Origin: Promethearchaeota archaeon
GTDB lineage: Archaea > Asgardarchaeota > Lokiarchaeia > Sigyniarchaeales > SOKP01
Length of the DNA stretch: 31,593 nucleotides
Direction: 5' to 3'
Assembly (NCBI GenBank): GCA_013375475.1
Contig: JABXKD010000042.1
Span: forward strand, 1-31,593
Shown here: positions 27,981 through 31,593 of the stretch, in pieces
How positions within the stretch are numbered: the first letter of the stretch is position 1
Layout of the letters: every line of letters starts with the position of its first letter
Position numbers and translations under genes: made by a program
Notes under the pieces: model-generated
Database searches by the model: none
The model's input: only the letters and a program-made list of their open reading frames with translations
What the model was told of the DNA's origin: nothing

Positions 27981-28763
27981 ATGAAAATGACGAAAGATAA
28001 GAAAAAATTAGTTCTACAAGCTTTAAATCTGATTTCATTTGTTGTAACAGTGATAATCAATTATGCTGCCGCCACAATACCTTTAGGTCTAGGTGATACG
28101 GGATATATTTCTGATTTGTATCCTAATTTATTTGTCCCGGCTGGTATTACTTTTAGCATATGGGGAGTCATTTACATTTTTCTAGGTATATTTGTAATAT
28201 ATCAGATTCGCGATGTATTCAAGCAAGATAATGTTGAAATGCCTTTTTTCGAAAAAGTAAGTTATCTATTCATTTTTAGCAATTTAGCCAATACTACATG
28301 GATTCTCTTCTGGCATTATGGCTTAATATATCTATCAATAATAGCAATGATCGTTATATTACTTTCATTAATCGGAATTTACCTGAGACTTGAAATTGGC
28401 AAAGTAAAAGTCAGCACGCGCGAGAAATGGTTTGTTCAAATACCTTTCAGTATTTATCTTGGATGGATAACAGTTGCCACTATAGCAAATGTTACCGCGG
28501 TTTTAGTTAGCGCGGGTGTAGAACATGAGGGTATTTTAGCTGAGATCTTAACAATAACAGTTATTTCCGTTGCAATATTAATAACAATTACAATTTTGTA
28601 TATAAGAAAAGATTACGCTTATAGCTTAGTAGTATTATGGGCGATTCTTGGGATATTCCTCAAACAATTCGGTTCTAATATCACAATTGCAACCACCACA
28701 ATAATTGCTATGATTGTAATTACTGCAGATATAGTATATACTGTAATTAAAGCCAGAAAATAA
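27981..28763 (+). CDS. TspO/MBR-related tryptophan-rich membrane protein
   Basis: ISDLYPNLFVPAGITFSIWGVIY, N..WILFWH, PFSIYLGWITVATIAN, WAILGI. Confidence 0.75.
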   Translation: MKMTKDKKKLVLQALNLISFVVTVIINYAAATIPLGLGDTGYISDLYPNLFVPAGITFSIWGVIYIFLGIFVIYQIRDVFKQDNVEMPFFEKVSYLFIFSNLANTTWILFWHYGLIYLSIIAMIVILLSLIGIYLRLEIGKVKVSTREKWFVQIPFSIYLGWITVATIANVTAVLVSAGVEHEGILAEILTITVISVAILITITILYIRKDYAYSLVVLWAILGIFLKQFGSNITIATTTIIAMIVITADIVYTVIKARK

Positions 28764-28870
28764 TTAATCAACAAATTTTTTAATATTAAATTTTTTTTCT
28801 CCTTTTTTTAAACCATGAATAAGGAATTAAACTAAAGAAAAATAATTATTGAATAAAGATAAGGATCAAA

Positions 28871-29113
28871 ATGAAAAAGTTTAGTCCTGCTGAACAAGTT
28901 ATATTATATACAGGGATTTTACTAATTACGCTGTCTTTTATAAGCGAAATTAATTTTCATTACATTCAAGGATTTAGACCCGGTTTAGTAGATAACGACA
29001 TTTTTTGGAGAGCTGAAGCCGTTGAAGCTTTCAATTCCATGAGTTTTCTTATTTTAGGTATATTTCTGATAATTTTTGCTTTTATCCTTTCAAAAAAGAG
29101 AATCAGAAGTTGA
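28871..29113 (+). CDS. Small two-TM hypothetical protein
   Basis: 80 aa, two hydrophobic helices, basic tail, AAGGA SD. Confidence 0.55.
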   Translation: MKKFSPAEQVILYTGILLITLSFISEINFHYIQGFRPGLVDNDIFWRAEAVEAFNSMSFLILGIFLIIFAFILSKKRIRS

Positions 29114-29130
29114 AATTTTAAAACAATGCG

Positions 29131-29205
29131 TTTCTCATTACTTTGATTGCCGCTGGAATCGCTCATGTGTACGGATTCATTCTAAATAAGCGGAGTTCTA
29201 AATAA
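29131..29205 (+). pseudogene. Orphan 3' end of a paralog of the 25615-26679 membrane protein
   Basis: Translates FLITLIAAGIAHVYGFILNKRSSK* versus FLIAFIAAAIAHIYVFFRNRRSSK* at 26605-26679 (16/24 identical, same stop); in-frame TAA at 29119, no start codon. Confidence 0.8.
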
Positions 29206-29252
29206 AAATTCATATTTTTTTTAATTTTTACTAAAAATATTATACTAGGTTA

Positions 29253-29620
29253 TTATTTTTTGAAAGGATCTTTAAATTGCATCTTGTACAAGTGATTGTA
29301 AAAGCCATCCTTTTCTACTAATTCTTGATGTGATCCCTGTTCAATGATTTGCCCTTTATCCAACACTACTATGCGGTCTGAATTTATGATTGTTGATAAT
29401 CTATGAGCTATTGAAATACTCGTACGCCCCCTCATTAAAGTTTCTAAAGCTTCTTGGATTAAAAGTTCGCCATAAGGATCAATTGAGGACGTAGCTTCGG
29501 CTAATATCAAGATAGGAGGATTTGCGATTAATGCTCTCGCGAAAGCAATTAATTGTTTTTGACCTTCTGATAATCTACTTCCTCTCTCACCAACTATAGT
29601 TTCATAGCCATTTCTAAGTT
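29253..29620 (-). pseudogene. C-terminal fragment of an ABC exporter (MsbA/MdlB-like) ATPase
   Basis: [18 protein letters not shown] (signature G to E), [12 protein letters not shown] (Walker B D to A), IAHRLST; no Walker A or TM domain upstream. Confidence 0.8.
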
Positions 29621-29823
29621 TATTTAACCAATGTAAGTATTTATTATTAAATCTTTTCTGTTCCACAGAAAAAAAAGATAGTCGTTGACCTTGATTAATT
29701 TGAGGATGATGAATAAACCTTCTTTTACTCTAATTTTAGGTTTGGTACGGGGTCTTTATAATTATATAACCACCATTTTTCGTTAATCTAAACAATAAAA
29801 AAAGAAGAAATAATTTTTTTTTT

Positions 29824-30909
29824 TTAGAAAAGTGGAAGTATAATCGGGAATAGAGTACCAACTAAGAAGACAAAGAAGGAAAAGAATTTTGATTTATATT
29901 TGTTAAATTTTTGTTTAAAAGAGTAGTATTGTACTTCCAAATCTTTTGATGAGAGTTTTTTAATGAGGTCAACAAGCTTGGGAAGTTGATCCAATGCGAG
30001 TTCATAACTAAGAGTTCTTAAATTGATTCTACTAAGTTTTGAGATTTTTCTTTCTGATTCGTGAATACTTTCAAAGGGTTTAGTCTTCAAAATATCCTCT
30101 ACCAATAATCCTGAGGCCGCATTTTCGATTTCAGTCCTATACACTATGCTAATGTTATCGACAAATTTTTCATTGGAAATAGCATTTAGAGAAAATCCTT
30201 CTGAAATCCGCCATCTCTCTCTTATTATCAATCCTAAAGTGTTGTTAAGCCAGCTATCAAAATCAATTAAGAATTTTTCAAAAGAGGTTCTTAGAGCTCT
30301 AAAATCTCCGTGATTTTTGCTGAGTCTGTACATCCATCCGAGAAATAGATGTATCCCCCCATAATCAGTAATATATTTATGATGTTTATATGTAACATAA
30401 AATGTTATGCAAGCTGGAGCCCATCCTATTCCTGCGGCGGTATAAATTGTGTTAAAACTCAATTCTTCCTGTCCTATAAATGTTCTAAAAAAAGTAATAA
30501 CAGTAAATAAAGCTGCCATTAAGATAGAAGGCCAAATAGCATAAGAGACCCAGTTCCATTTGTTTAAGTCTTTCGCAACTAAAAAGATAAGAAGGAGAAT
30601 GAGTCCTACCGGTATAGCAAAAAGAATTATACGGTAAATTAATTCACCACTACGTCCGGGAATATTAAGTACATATGCTTCAATACTGAAGCCCACAAAA
30701 TACAATGCGTATAGTAAAATGCTTATAATTAAAAGTAAATTAGAAAGTCTGTAGTAATTTGTTTTGTATTTGGTATAGAAATAGTCCTTATGAAAAGATG
30801 TAATTGGATCTGTCCAAAACTTTTTCTTTCTAGTTTTTGTTTCATATTTTTCATATACTGCCATTAATTTTTCAATAGATTTTGGCACATTCGAATTAGA
30901 TTCCAACAT
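29824..30909 (-). CDS. Hypothetical multi-pass membrane protein
   Basis: 361 aa; 4 N-terminal TM, soluble domain, C-terminal TM. Confidence 0.75.
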   Translation of the reverse strand: MLESNSNVPKSIEKLMAVYEKYETKTRKKKFWTDPITSFHKDYFYTKYKTNYYRLSNLLLIISILLYALYFVGFSIEAYVLNIPGRSGELIYRIILFAIPVGLILLLIFLVAKDLNKWNWVSYAIWPSILMAALFTVITFFRTFIGQEELSFNTIYTAAGIGWAPACITFYVTYKHHKYITDYGGIHLFLGWMYRLSKNHGDFRALRTSFEKFLIDFDSWLNNTLGLIIRERWRISEGFSLNAISNEKFVDNISIVYRTEIENAASGLLVEDILKTKPFESIHESERKISKLSRINLRTLSYELALDQLPKLVDLIKKLSSKDLEVQYYSFKQKFNKYKSKFFSFFVFLVGTLFPIILPLF

Positions 30910-30989
30910 TTTAGTAGAAATCCCTCTATTAATTTTGAATATTTTAAAATTAATATCTAATAAAATATTATGACATTTTTATATAAATT

Positions 30990-31379
30990 TTATTCATTTT
31001 TAGGAAAAAAATTAGTAATCAACGAGGTACAAGCAAAACTATATGATGGGACAAACCAAGCAAAAATAAATAGTCTAATTAGAAATATGGTGCTAAGTGC
31101 TATTCCAATAAACAAAGAGGCTAACATAACTGCTTTTATCTTGATATCAATTTTCCTAATTCTTATGGTTAGAGTTCCTGAAATTACCATTGTCATTATC
31201 CTACCCAATTCTAATGATATCAAACAATTAATTAACAAAAGATTTACTATATAACCTATTTCAATAACATTATTAATTTGCAGAATTAGTATTATATCAA
31301 TAATAAGTAGGCTAAATGAGATATTGGTTTTAATAATAACTAATCCCGTTAAAAGATTATAGCGCTCTCTATTGAGCAT
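30990..31379 (-). pseudogene. Hydrophobic ORF, possibly a decayed membrane-protein gene
   Basis: 129-aa hydrophobic ORF; upstream sequence (to about 31520) reads as stop-interrupted hydrophobic peptide in another frame. Confidence 0.3.
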
Positions 31380-31499
31380 CAGTCTACTACACCTAACAAA
31401 GCTTCAAAGATATAATCTCAATTTCTTAATAGTAAATACACTCTATCATTTCCTACAATAAAAATAAATGATATTATACAAAATCCTAATCTATAATAA

Positions 31500-31561
31500 G
31501 TAGAAGGGTCAAACTCCTAATATTCTTCTTTACTCTGTTTTTAACCCTCTGACCCTTCTAC
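31500..31561. repeat. 12-bp perfect inverted repeat with 38-nt spacer
   Basis: GTAGAAGGGTCA (31500-31511) and TGACCCTTCTAC (31550-31561). Confidence 0.8.
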
Positions 31562-31593
31562 ACCTTTTTATTTTTTTTCTTAATTTTTCAATA

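Noticed and set aside
29111-29113. TGA stops as selenocysteine codons
   Set aside because: Read-through adds only a few residues, there is no selenoprotein family context, and no SECIS-like hairpin was seen
875-29166. Numerous 60-105 aa ORFs nested in or antisense to long genes (e.g. 875-1060, 5081-5317, 13289-13603, 21863-22171, 27137-27382)
   Set aside because: Shadow ORFs of well-supported CDSs without independent evidence
29253-29666. Functional 137-aa ABC ATPase
   Set aside because: No Walker A, mutated signature and Walker B; the N-terminal residues are unrelated to ABC sequence
30970-31254. 94-aa plus-strand ORF
   Set aside because: Overlaps the minus-strand hydrophobic ORF and has no recognisable motif

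Overview
AT-rich (roughly 30% GC by eye) archaeal chromosomal segment, most likely from an Asgard archaeon (Lokiarchaeia/Promethearchaeota). The assignment is inferred from BHB-intron tRNAs, a longin-like protein and GGAGGTG/GAGGT ribosome-binding sites. Left part: SDR, FAD oxidoreductase and OYE genes; a GNAT; a tandem tRNA-Thr(GGT) with three introns and tRNA-Met(CAT) with one non-canonical intron; an atypical beta-carbonic anhydrase; an NfeD-like/flotillin operon with a 24-bp coding VNTR; a FATP-type acyl-CoA synthetase. Middle: assorted hydrolases and regulators, a longin-like eukaryotic signature protein, and a single-chain tandem bacterioferritin. Right part (21.9-28.8 kb): corrinoid protein, two MtaA/UroD-fold methyltransferases and DUF2284, followed by a His-rich membrane protein, a Rieske oxygenase and a TspO-like protein. 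This cluster is the best candidate for an undescribed system. The right end holds gene relics, including an orphan 3' tail of a paralog of the His-rich membrane gene. No CRISPR array, rRNA or transposase was seen. All family calls are from motif recognition, not database searches.
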